From positions 206,076-270,075 of IMG/VR virus record IMGVR_UViG_3300036770_004143: 64,000 nt of DNA; one strand, written 5' to 3'. Below, one piece after another: positions 8,160 through 16,296 of the stretch. The position numbers and the translations under genes were made by a program. Position 1 is the first letter of the stretch. Every line of letters starts with the position of its first letter. The notes beneath the pieces are model-generated. The model was given only the letters and a program-made list of their open reading frames with translations, did no database searches and was not told the origin of the DNA.

Positions 8160-8212
8160 GTATTTATATTTTTAAAACCAATATTTACCAAGTAATTAGT
8201 TATAGCCAATAG

Positions 8213-8395
8213 CTAAAATCGTGGTACATGGGTGTCTATCTTTTCAGACAGAACATTTTTAATCATTTCCCAACTTTGCATTACATCTCTATCAATGCTT
8301 GCGGTTTTGGTTTTACTATCAAGTGATCTTGCAACCAATCTAAATGTATCTTCAATTTGCTTTGCTTGAAACTCGTAAATCTTCAATTCTTTCAT
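8213..8395 (-). CDS. hypothetical protein
   Basis: 60-aa ORF. Confidence 0.6.
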   Translation of the reverse strand: MKELKIYEFQAKQIEDTFRLVARSLDSKTKTASIDRDVMQSWEMIKNVLSEKIDTHVPRF

Positions 8396-8405
8396 GATTT
8401 TTATT

Positions 8406-8522
8406 TTACCATTTAACCCAATAAGTTCTATTTAGCCACCCAAAACCTATTTCATTTGTACCATCTGAACATTTGGTATAAGTAAACATTGGAAATATTA
8501 GCCATGTTTTATCTTCTTTCAT
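8406..8522 (-). CDS. 38-aa Trp-rich microprotein
   Basis: Manual translation MKEDKTWLIFPMFTYTKCSDGTNEIGFGWLNRTYWVKW. Confidence 0.4.
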   Translation of the reverse strand: MKEDKTWLIFPMFTYTKCSDGTNEIGFGWLNRTYWVKW

Positions 8523-8537
8523 AATTTTAATTGTTTG

Positions 8538-8659
8538 TAGTCAGGGCAGGAATTGAACCTGCGTCACACTCGCTTGATACCCTACACACCTCATATTTTC
8601 ATATGGAACGGACTCGAACCGTCGTCACCAGTTGCTCTACCCATCTGAGCTACCTAACT
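8538..8659 (-). ncRNA. tRNA-like RNA F with a second, permuted T/acceptor/D module in the anticodon position
   Basis: Outer type-I tRNA frame plus inner GACGG-TTCGAGT-CCGTT, CCATAT-GAAA-ATATG, TG-TAGGGTAT-CA. Confidence 0.65.
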
Positions 8660-8721
8660 AGTTAAGATTTCTAAAACCCATCTCTTACAAGGCAAGGAAA
8701 CTCCATCTTATGTTTTTTGCG

Positions 8722-8801
8722 TAGTCAGGGCCGGATTCGAACCGGATAAGCAACCGTTTTTAATGGACTTGGAAACCATTCCGCATTACGCCCACCTGAC
8801 T
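8722..8801 (-). ncRNA. tRNA-like RNA G (possible CCA anticodon, degenerate D arm)
   Basis: Acceptor AGTCAGG/CCTGACT; ATGGT-TTCCAAG-TCCAT; CCGG-TTCGAAT-CCGG. Confidence 0.55.
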
Positions 8802-8804
8802 AAA

Positions 8805-8837
8805 TTGCCTGTCTTTCCAAGCTGTCACCCACTTATA
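8805..8837 (-). repeat. TATAAGT-N4-GACAGCTTGGAAAGACAGGCAA leader motif, copy 2
   Basis: See 7413-7445. Confidence 0.6.
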
Positions 8838-8891
8838 AGCCTCTAGGTTTTTGTTCCTGTCAGGGTAAGGCAATTAGCTGCATTGCAACTG

Positions 8892-8971
8892 TAGTCAGGG
8901 CCGGATTCGAACCGGATAAGCAACCGTTTTTAATGGACTTGGAAACCATTCCGCATTACGCCCACATAACT
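8892..8971 (-). ncRNA. tRNA-like RNA H (duplicate of G)
   Basis: 75-bp exact direct repeat 8721-8795 = 8891-8965; differs only in the 5' acceptor strand (AGTTATG). Confidence 0.55.
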
Positions 8972-9022
8972 ATCATAATTCCTTATTGACAATTCAAAGA
9001 TACATCAATGTTTTCATAAAAC

Positions 9023-9211
9023 CTAATTTAACTTTGTATTTTGTACTACTTGAATATATATTTTATCATTCACTTGATTTTCCAATGTATCACATATTTT
9101 AAAAATTACTTGATCATGTACACCATGAGGCACTTTGTTACGTAATTGCATTACATTTAAATACCTAACGTCTTTAAATACTTGTTCAGAAACATCCATA
9201 ATTTTTGCCAT
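9023..9211 (-). CDS. hypothetical protein
   Basis: 62-aa ORF. Confidence 0.5.
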   Translation of the reverse strand: MAKIMDVSEQVFKDVRYLNVMQLRNKVPHGVHDQVIFKICDTLENQVNDKIYIQVVQNTKLN

Positions 9212-9235
9212 ACTATTGTTTTTTAAAAATTCAAG

Positions 9236-9525
9236 TTGCAGAAATGAGAAGTTATATAGACAAAAACAAAATCAAAATAAAAATCAAAGACCCAACTTAC
9301 TTCAAAGGCAAAAACAAAAACCAAGACCCTTTTTATTACATAATTAACAATTTAATGCAACCTATGTAATGTTTGGGTTCTATCCCAGTTTTATGTTTGT
9401 AAGTTGGCGGTTGTGATATTCATCATTTGTAGTTTTTTGTCAACCTTTCGGTTAACCGGTCATTAATATACCTCCCATTCCCACATAAAAGTGGGGGTGC
9501 TTAAACTCCTGCAAAACACCCCACA
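9236..9525 (-). ncRNA. candidate about 290-nt nested structured RNA
   Basis: Nested long-range helices GACAAAAA/TTTTTGTC and CCAACTTAC/GTAAGTTGG plus hairpins GTTAACC-GAAA-GGTTGAC, ATTACATA/TATGTAAT, GGGGTGT/GCACCCC. Confidence 0.45.
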
Positions 9526-9532
9526 CTACCCC

Positions 9533-10459
9533 TTACTCTTTGCTATCACCAATTGTTCCCAAGAACTGATCAACAACTGGCTTAAATCTTGCATCAACCA
9601 TAATTCTTAATGCAGCAACTCTTCCAGTTTCTTCCTGGATTTTGGAATTAAATTCTAGTTCGGCTTTCTTTCTCTTACCCTGCCATTCTTGAATTGCAAT
9701 AGAGTATTGCATATTCAACTTGTTGTTGGCCTCATTAACCAAAGTTTGTAAACCAGCATTCTCATTTGCAATTTTTGCATTCTCCAATGTAACCAGGTTC
9801 TTTACCTTTGCTTTGTAATAATTAACTTTCTGCTCATATTGTCTATGAATAGCAGATAAGTTTTTGTGCAACTCACCCAACTCATCAATTGTATGATGAA
9901 TGGTAACATTCATTGGAGTTTTCTTCTCCCTCTCTAATTCAATCCATTCCAGAGTTTTTAACTTTGGCAATTCATTTCTTAATTTATCCAATTTACCACC
10001 CTTATGGATAAACTGACCATAATGGGCAGCAAAGGCTTCTGCCTCCAAATACTCATTGTATTCGCTTGAGGTTAATTGTTGCCAACCCCACTCTTCATTT
10101 ACCTCATCCTTGTAATCAATAACCTCATAATTTGGTGATGTAGGTTGGGGGACATCAAAGGTAAATGATTTCTTTTTTAAAGCATCAAGCATCTTATCCT
10201 TTGCCTGGATATTATCCATTAGGAATGCTTGCGTTGCGTGTAGCCTTGCTTTCTCTTGAAGCAAATCCACAATGTTCTCTGGCATTTTAACTCCCTGTGT
10301 CTCAATATATACCCCACTTGGTAATGTTAAGGTCTTATGAGAGTTATTAACACTATCAATCTTTGACTGAATATCTCTTGCCTCTTGATTGCAAAGATTG
10401 GAGATTGATTGTGCTTGCGATAAAGACAACCCTTTATTGGATAATGAATTACTTCTCAT
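9533..10459 (-). CDS. coiled-coil hypothetical protein
   Basis: 308 aa, helical; EAEAFAAHYGQFIHKGG motif. Confidence 0.75.
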   Translation of the reverse strand: MRSNSLSNKGLSLSQAQSISNLCNQEARDIQSKIDSVNNSHKTLTLPSGVYIETQGVKMPENIVDLLQEKARLHATQAFLMDNIQAKDKMLDALKKKSFTFDVPQPTSPNYEVIDYKDEVNEEWGWQQLTSSEYNEYLEAEAFAAHYGQFIHKGGKLDKLRNELPKLKTLEWIELEREKKTPMNVTIHHTIDELGELHKNLSAIHRQYEQKVNYYKAKVKNLVTLENAKIANENAGLQTLVNEANNKLNMQYSIAIQEWQGKRKKAELEFNSKIQEETGRVAALRIMVDARFKPVVDQFLGTIGDSKE

Positions 10460-10484
10460 GGTTATTGTTTTTTTGGTTTAATAT

Positions 10485-10712
10485 TTATTTTAATTTACCT
10501 GAAGCATCTTTTAACATCTTTGGTAAATAGTCTTGCATTAACTGTTTTCTAGTTACTTCCCATCCAATTTCAGGCAAAGCATAATCTTCAAAGTAAGTAT
10601 ATCTAACCATACCACATAAGTTTGAACCAGCTTCTTTAACTTCATCCTCTCCCACTTTTACCTGGAATTTTCCTTCACCAAGATGAGTTATTACATAATC
10701 TTCTATTTCCAT
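10485..10712 (-). CDS. hypothetical protein
   Basis: 75-aa ORF. Confidence 0.6.
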   Translation of the reverse strand: MEIEDYVITHLGEGKFQVKVGEDEVKEAGSNLCGMVRYTYFEDYALPEIGWEVTRKQLMQDYLPKMLKDASGKLK

Positions 10713-10715
10713 AAT

Positions 10716-10835
10716 TTATTTTTTTTTACCCAATAACTGATTGATGCGGATTACCAAGTTGGCATAAAACCTTACAAAGATTTTTACACCTTTTGGTGTT
10801 TCATCTAATATTTCTTGGAAAATCTTACTCCTCAT
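10716..10835 (-). CDS. 39-aa protein resembling the N-terminus of Bacteroidota XRE regulators
   Basis: MRSKIFQEILDETPKGVKIFVRFYANLVIRINQLLGKKK, directly below the promoter at 10857-10888; family resemblance from recall. Confidence 0.4.
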   Translation of the reverse strand: MRSKIFQEILDETPKGVKIFVRFYANLVIRINQLLGKKK

Positions 10836-10856
10836 ATATTGTTGTTTTTTATTCAA

Positions 10857-10888
10857 CAAAGATATTTATAATAAATCAACAAGTCAAA
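10857..10888 (-). promoter_or_regulatory. Bacteroidota sigma70 promoter
   Basis: TTTG-N20-TATCTTTG. Confidence 0.7.
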
Positions 10889-10892
10889 CAAT

Positions 10893-11267
10893 ATGAAGAA
10901 AATATTTCTTTTAATTTCACTTTTAATTTCACTTTTTATTTCAAGCCATTCATTTGGTCAAATTCCCCAGGATAAACTATTACACTTTGGTGCTGGTGTT
11001 GGCATTGGTGCAACCATAACTTTAACCCATAAGAAACCAAATATACATATTGGGTATGGAGAAATCATTCAAAAAAGCGTATTTGCTGGGGCTGGTATTG
11101 GATTATTAAAAGAATCCTATGATGCATCAGTATATGGAAACAAGTATTTTGATGTTGGTGATGCTGCTGCAACCGCATTGGGTTCATTGGTTGGATCCTT
11201 AATAATATATTCCATTGTTAAAGATAAAAAACCAAAATCAAAATACCACTTCTGTCCCCAATTTTAA
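10893..11267 (+). CDS. YfiM/VanZ-like membrane protein
   Basis: Signal peptide; DKLLHFGAG...GLLKESYD...FDVGDAAATALG. Confidence 0.6.
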   Translation: MKKIFLLISLLISLFISSHSFGQIPQDKLLHFGAGVGIGATITLTHKKPNIHIGYGEIIQKSVFAGAGIGLLKESYDASVYGNKYFDVGDAAATALGSLVGSLIIYSIVKDKKPKSKYHFCPQF

Positions 11268-11300
11268 ACAGTATGTGGAATCATCTTCAAACCTTTTAAA

Positions 11301-11564
11301 CTATTTTGCTTCAAGAACCGTAAATTCAACTACACCTGTTTTCATTGTGTAATATATGGAATAATTTATTTTATCACTATCAGTATTACTTACACTCCAA
11401 TAACTATTGTTTTCAGACTTGTTAGTCCAGCTATTATTTAAGATAGCATTCATAACCATTCTATAAGGTAATTTACCAGTAAACTTTTTTTCTACACATT
11501 CAGCATATTCTTTAGTAATTTTTGCTGCGTTCAACATCCAGTTTAATTCTTTTGTAGTTACCAT
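11301..11564 (-). CDS. hypothetical protein
   Basis: 87-aa ORF below the promoter at 11590-11620. Confidence 0.65.
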   Translation of the reverse strand: MVTTKELNWMLNAAKITKEYAECVEKKFTGKLPYRMVMNAILNNSWTNKSENNSYWSVSNTDSDKINYSIYYTMKTGVVEFTVLEAK

Positions 11565-11589
11565 TTTTGTTGTTTTTATAATTGAAGTG

Positions 11590-11620
11590 CAAAGATATAA
11601 AATTATTCTGATAATGCAAA
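11590..11620 (-). promoter_or_regulatory. Bacteroidota sigma70 promoter
   Basis: TTTG-N19-TATCTTTG. Confidence 0.7.
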
Positions 11621-11654
11621 CTTTTTTATTTTATTTTTTATACAGCGGACAAAT

Positions 11655-12185
11655 TTAAGAAAAAATGTTATTATTATTTATATCCCAAGTTCCATCATTA
11701 TCAACTGATTTAATTTGGTTTGGTTCAAATGTAACATAAACACTATCTGAATCTTGATAATCTTCGTCATCAATCCAAGAATCTTTTACATTCACAAAGA
11801 TAACACCATCATATTTACTTCTATTTTTATAAACATTTGCCACAACTTCTCTTGTGGAAGTACCATATTCACTCTCAATATCATCCCATTTTTTGTCTTT
11901 ACAATCCAAAATTAATGGTCTTTTAATACTCAAATAAACTTCATAAACAATTCCATCCCTAGAATACCCCTCGGCATTATAATAATCAGGAGTGAAATAC
12001 GTAATACCCATAAATTCATCAAACTCTTCATATGAACCGTGATAAACAGGTAATGGTTTCCCGTTATAAGCAACTTTACTACCACTAAACCACTTCCTAA
12101 AATTATTATTTAAGTTATTTTCAACTTCTTGTTCTTCATTCAAATATTTACGTATTGTTTTTACTATAACTTTTCTTAGTTCCAT
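11655..12185 (-). CDS. ADP-ribosyltransferase-fold protein (ART-PolyVal-like)
   Basis: WFSGSKV...PVYHGS...YFTPD..A..Y...VYEVYLSIKRPL...YVTFEPNQIKS; start MELRK at 12185. Confidence 0.65.
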   Translation of the reverse strand: MELRKVIVKTIRKYLNEEQEVENNLNNNFRKWFSGSKVAYNGKPLPVYHGSYEEFDEFMGITYFTPDYYNAEGYSRDGIVYEVYLSIKRPLILDCKDKKWDDIESEYGTSTREVVANVYKNRSKYDGVIFVNVKDSWIDDEDYQDSDSVYVTFEPNQIKSVDNDGTWDINNNNIFS

Positions 12186-12198
12186 ATTATTAATTAAT

Positions 12199-12612
12199 TT
12201 AAACAGTATGTGGGACAACCCACCTTATGCAATCCTGGGGTTGTCTGGTTATATGCTTGTAGTTGTTGATATAACCCATCATATTTGCAGATCCAATTGC
12301 ATTGGCTGAATGAACCTTAACCTCACATACTGGTGCACCATCCATCCATTTTTCAACCAACCACTTGGTGCAATCCATTCCAGTTTTTTCTGTGATGTTG
12401 TTGTAGTCCAATGTGAAATTGTGATATACATTGTTATGCCACTCTTCTATGGCTGTATCACCCAAGTCGTGATCCAATGATATAAGTTTAATGTTTTCTA
12501 ACCCAAGTTCAGTTATCTTGGAAACAAATTCATCATAACTTCTAACTATAATCCATCTGATATTGCTAGTTATAGGTGTACGCACGTCATCCAAATAAAT
12601 GTTATATTTCAT
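12199..12612 (-). CDS. cyclic-phosphate-processing receiver-like domain protein
   Basis: IYLDDVRTP, ISLDHDLGD, TGMDCTKWL, VHSANAIG. Confidence 0.7.
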   Translation of the reverse strand: MKYNIYLDDVRTPITSNIRWIIVRSYDEFVSKITELGLENIKLISLDHDLGDTAIEEWHNNVYHNFTLDYNNITEKTGMDCTKWLVEKWMDGAPVCEVKVHSANAIGSANMMGYINNYKHITRQPQDCIRWVVPHTV

Positions 12613-12630
12613 AGTTATTAGTTTAGAATA

Positions 12631-12662
12631 CAAAGATAGTTTAATTATTTTAAATTTCCAAA
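12631..12662 (-). promoter_or_regulatory. Bacteroidota sigma70 promoter
   Basis: TTTG-N20-TATCTTTG. Confidence 0.75.
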
Positions 12663-12666
12663 AAAA

Positions 12667-13116
12667 TTAATCCTTATACCTCCATTCATCACCTTCCACA
12701 TTAACATCATATACATCATCCCAAGTTATATAATCACGTAATGTGCCTTTTGAAAAATCATATATCTTATCATTTATTGTAATCCAGTGATGGGTCATTA
12801 ATGTTTGTTCATCACCATATTCATCAATATAAGGTTCATCTACTTCTATCTCACCAAATACTTTTTTAACAGTTTTGAACTCATAAATAATTGTTGAAAC
12901 AATACCCTGGCAATCCCCATTTTCTTGATTATCAACAAAACTTTTCCAGGCTAAATCCAAATCACCATCATATAACTCATTAAACTCCTCTTCATCTACT
13001 AATGTTTCCATTATTAGTGATTTTTTTATTTGCTGAATTAGTTCTTCTGAATTTTCAATACTTTCATTCAAATAACCCCTTATCACACTTTTAATAGTTT
13101 GCTTCAAATCTATCAC
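12667..13116 (-). CDS. putative papain/transglutaminase-fold protein
   Basis: GDCQG...THHWI...IYDFS Cys-His-Asp order; GTG start; YLNE leader. Confidence 0.5.
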   Translation of the reverse strand: MIDLKQTIKSVIRGYLNESIENSEELIQQIKKSLIMETLVDEEEFNELYDGDLDLAWKSFVDNQENGDCQGIVSTIIYEFKTVKKVFGEIEVDEPYIDEYGDEQTLMTHHWITINDKIYDFSKGTLRDYITWDDVYDVNVEGDEWRYKD

Positions 13117-13159
13117 CTATTTTGATTTATTTATAAATATCAGTATTTTAAATTTCTAC

Positions 13160-13378
13160 TTACTGGCAGTTTCTTTTGTTGCGTTCTGCACAAAATTTAC
13201 AATTCCCTTTATGGGCAAGAAAATCTCTATTACCCCCTACTACACTTCCCACATATTCACATTCATCAATAATATAGGTTTTTATATATCTACTATTTAT
13301 GGTAGATATAACTTCACCATCTTTTTCACATCCACAAATAATGATAGATGCCAATAATACATAAGCAAATTTGTTCAT
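13160..13378 (-). CDS. small lipoprotein
   Basis: LLASIIICGC lipobox; C-terminal HKGNCKFC. Confidence 0.6.
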   Translation of the reverse strand: MNKFAYVLLASIIICGCEKDGEVISTINSRYIKTYIIDECEYVGSVVGGNRDFLAHKGNCKFCAERNKRNCQ

Positions 13379-13379
13379 A

Positions 13380-13628
13380 TTAGTTATATTTTTTGTAAAT
13401 TAATTCATAAGCACGTTCTAATTGTTTCTCCCAAGAATCTATTGGATAACCAGATGATTGTGAGTTTAAATTTTTTGACATCACCTTGAACTGGTCCGCA
13501 CACCCCTCTGTTAACATTCGATACAATGGGGCATCAACATCTTTTATTTCCAAAGCAACTTTTCTTGTTCCACTCTCAACCTCATCCATAAGTTTCTGGA
13601 TAAGACGCATTTTCTCCACTATTGTCAT
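13380..13628 (-). CDS. hypothetical protein
   Basis: 82-aa ORF. Confidence 0.6.
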   Translation of the reverse strand: MTIVEKMRLIQKLMDEVESGTRKVALEIKDVDAPLYRMLTEGCADQFKVMSKNLNSQSSGYPIDSWEKQLERAYELIYKKYN

Positions 13629-13631
13629 ATT

Positions 13632-13799
13632 CTATGAATTATATTGGTTCATTAAGTCAGCAAAATCAAATGCTTTGTCTATATTAATAGACCTATAAAC
13701 AATTCTAACATCTTTATCTTCTGCTATGATACTTAATGCATCTTGCTCATCAACAACAAAAGCAGACGTTCCATCAAAAAGAACATAATGTAATCCCAT
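13632..13799 (-). CDS. hypothetical protein (55 aa)
   Basis: Manual translation MGLHYVLFDGTSAFVVDEQDALS... Confidence 0.5.
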   Translation of the reverse strand: MGLHYVLFDGTSAFVVDEQDALSIIAEDKDVRIVYRSINIDKAFDFADLMNQYNS

Positions 13800-13901
13800 A
13801 GTAAAATGTTTTTAGAAATTTCCGTGAATACCACATCTTTATTTCTTTCACAAATATACACATTTTTTTTGAAACAAAAACTATTTATAAAAAAAAAGAA
13901 T

Positions 13902-14156
13902 ATGGAAGCCAAAAATATCAAAAATGTAAAAAAAATTAAGTATTACGAAGTTCCATTAGATGATGGAAAATTTGCATTAATGGACCAAAAGGAATTTGAT
14001 AAATGGTCTGTAGGTTCACCAGATGATGCCATTGCAAAAGCAAGTGGTCTTATTGAATATATTCTTTTTGAAATGGATGACAAGAATTATGCCATACCTG
14101 AATCAAAATTTGAAGCCTACATCAAAAAATTAAATGAAGATGCAAAAAACATATAA
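13902..14156 (+). CDS. hypothetical protein (MEAKNIK...)
   Basis: TATTTAT motif 13 nt upstream of ATG 13902. Confidence 0.6.
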   Translation: MEAKNIKNVKKIKYYEVPLDDGKFALMDQKEFDKWSVGSPDDAIAKASGLIEYILFEMDDKNYAIPESKFEAYIKKLNEDAKNI

Positions 14157-14868
14157 GATAATCATAATGTCAGACTTGCATCTGGGTATGAATGATTCAA
14201 AACCAAAAGAAATACTTAACTTCTTATCCAGAATACAAACAGATACCTTAATCCTAAATGGTGATATCATTGATATTGATGCCCTAAATAGAGGAGCAAA
14301 ATGGAAAAATAAACACACAAAAGTATTATTAAAAATACTTGAAATGTCAAAGAAGACAAAAGTGGTTTATGTTAGGGGAAATCATGATGATGTTATAAAA
14401 AACTTCTTTAATGCAAGAATAGCAGGTATTGAATTTACTGATGAATATGAAATACAACTTGAAGATGATAAAAGATATTTAGTCTTACATGGTGATCAAC
14501 TTGAAAACTTTGAAGGAAAACTAAAAATACTTTATCATATTGGTTCAATAATGTATGATGCATTACTAACTCTAAATAATTATTACAACATCATTAGAAC
14601 AAAACTAAACCTACCCTATCACTCCCTATCCAAAGCAGCAAAAACAAATGTAAAGAAGATAATGTCATTTATATTTAAGTTTGAAACCAAGGCCATTGAA
14701 CTAGCTGAAAATAGAAACTTTGATGGTATAATATGTGGTCATATCCATACACCAATAATAAAGAAAATATCCAATATAGAATACCTTAATAGTGGCGACT
14801 GGGTTGAAAATAGAACAGCATTAGCCTTGGATTCAAACAACAAATGGTCAATCCTTAATCTTGAGTAA
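14134..14868 (+). CDS. LpxH-like (UDP-2,3-diacylglucosamine hydrolase family) metallophosphoesterase
   Basis: SDLHLG, NGDIID, GNHD, LHGD, CGHIH, NSGDWVE. Confidence 0.85.
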   Translation: MKMQKTYKIIIMSDLHLGMNDSKPKEILNFLSRIQTDTLILNGDIIDIDALNRGAKWKNKHTKVLLKILEMSKKTKVVYVRGNHDDVIKNFFNARIAGIEFTDEYEIQLEDDKRYLVLHGDQLENFEGKLKILYHIGSIMYDALLTLNNYYNIIRTKLNLPYHSLSKAAKTNVKKIMSFIFKFETKAIELAENRNFDGIICGHIHTPIIKKISNIEYLNSGDWVENRTALALDSNNKWSILNLE

Positions 14869-14951
14869 TTCAAAATATTTTTTCCTAACCAATGCACCCA
14901 ACTCCTGATCATTTGGTGTTTCCAATATTTCTTTTTCTGTAATTTTTATAT

Positions 14952-15500
14952 TCATATAATTTGATTTAATATTCTCCCAACAGTTTCATCATCAACACTT
15001 ATGGTTTCATATTTAACGCCATACAAATCCAACATATCTTTTATCTCTTTATCAATTATTATTGATTCATCCAATGTCTGAAACCTTTCCCCCTCATCAT
15101 ATGATGAATTTAAATTACGTTCAAGAAAATAATTAACATTATCATATCTATTAAATAAATTAACTATAAATGAATCAAATTCTTTACCATATAGAGATGA
15201 TATGAAATCCCCCTCCTTCTTGTATTTTTCCTTATAAACAAGTGCAAACAATATTGGTGAATCACATATAACAAAATCAACCTTACCATAAGACCTAACA
15301 ATATTCCTATGCTGATTTGCTGTAATATAAAACTGATCCTTTATTGCACCTGTATTTTCATCCCAAGCCAAGTTTTTGGGAAACTCATATGGATTATCAA
15401 CACTAATATGTTGTTTCTTTAATTCATACATCAAACCACTAGCAATAGTGCTTTTTCCAGCACCTGGACCAGCAAATAAATTAATTATCTGTGTTTTCAT
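14952..15500 (-). CDS. AAA_28/NadR-like P-loop nucleotide kinase
   Basis: INLFAGPGAGKST, EF, ICDSPIL. Confidence 0.75.
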   Translation of the reverse strand: MKTQIINLFAGPGAGKSTIASGLMYELKKQHISVDNPYEFPKNLAWDENTGAIKDQFYITANQHRNIVRSYGKVDFVICDSPILFALVYKEKYKKEGDFISSLYGKEFDSFIVNLFNRYDNVNYFLERNLNSSYDEGERFQTLDESIIIDKEIKDMLDLYGVKYETISVDDETVGRILNQII

Positions 15501-15564
15501 TTTTTTTTTAAAATTTAAAAAAAAAGATTTATGATGTCCAGTTTCTATTGTAAAAAACTTGACA

Positions 15565-16296
15565 CTAATCTGGCAAACTTGTTCCCCTCTTTAACACAAC
15601 TTTATATGCCATCTTATTTCCTGTTCTTATGGCTTCTATGATGCTTTCATTCTTATATAGGGATAATGCCAAGGCAGCGGTAAAAGTGTCTCCTGCTCCA
15701 CTTATGTCAATGGTGGGGGCATTTTTCTCTTGCATGTAAACTATACCATTATGGGAAACTCCATTACCACCCATTGTTATGATAAACTTCTCTCTATTCT
15801 GATTATTAATCAAATCCTTATTGTTCTCATACTCATCCTGGTTTAGTTTAATATAATCAATGCTATTGATAATATCATCTGTTAATCTCCTCTTGCTATC
15901 CAATATGGTTGTCTTGGATTGCTTTGCTATTTTAACAATATCATCATTAGTCAAATAACCCTTATTGTAATCACTAATAATAGTGATACCATATTTGTTA
16001 TCAATGTCACCATAATAAGAATCAACATTATCCTCACCTGTGTCAACCCTTATAAAAGAATGATTGGTTTTCTCATCAACATACCTCTTCTTCTTTATCT
16101 TATTCTTCTGTGTAATTAACCTTATGCTCACATTTGAATCCATATTAATAACATTATTATATACATTCATAGCCATCCCACCAGCCTTAACCTTATGTGT
16201 TGGAATTAATACCGGAACAGGTGCTTCTGGTGATAACCTTGTGCTTTTTGTGTAAACATATATGTCTCTACAACTTTCTCCTATTACTATAATCAT
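15565..16296 (-). CDS. PfkB sugar kinase, HldE/RfaE kinase-like
   Basis: RLSPEAPVPV, ISDYNKG, DISGAGDTF. Confidence 0.85.
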   Translation of the reverse strand: MIIVIGESCRDIYVYTKSTRLSPEAPVPVLIPTHKVKAGGMAMNVYNNVINMDSNVSIRLITQKNKIKKKRYVDEKTNHSFIRVDTGEDNVDSYYGDIDNKYGITIISDYNKGYLTNDDIVKIAKQSKTTILDSKRRLTDDIINSIDYIKLNQDEYENNKDLINNQNREKFIITMGGNGVSHNGIVYMQEKNAPTIDISGAGDTFTAALALSLYKNESIIEAIRTGNKMAYKVVLKRGTSLPD

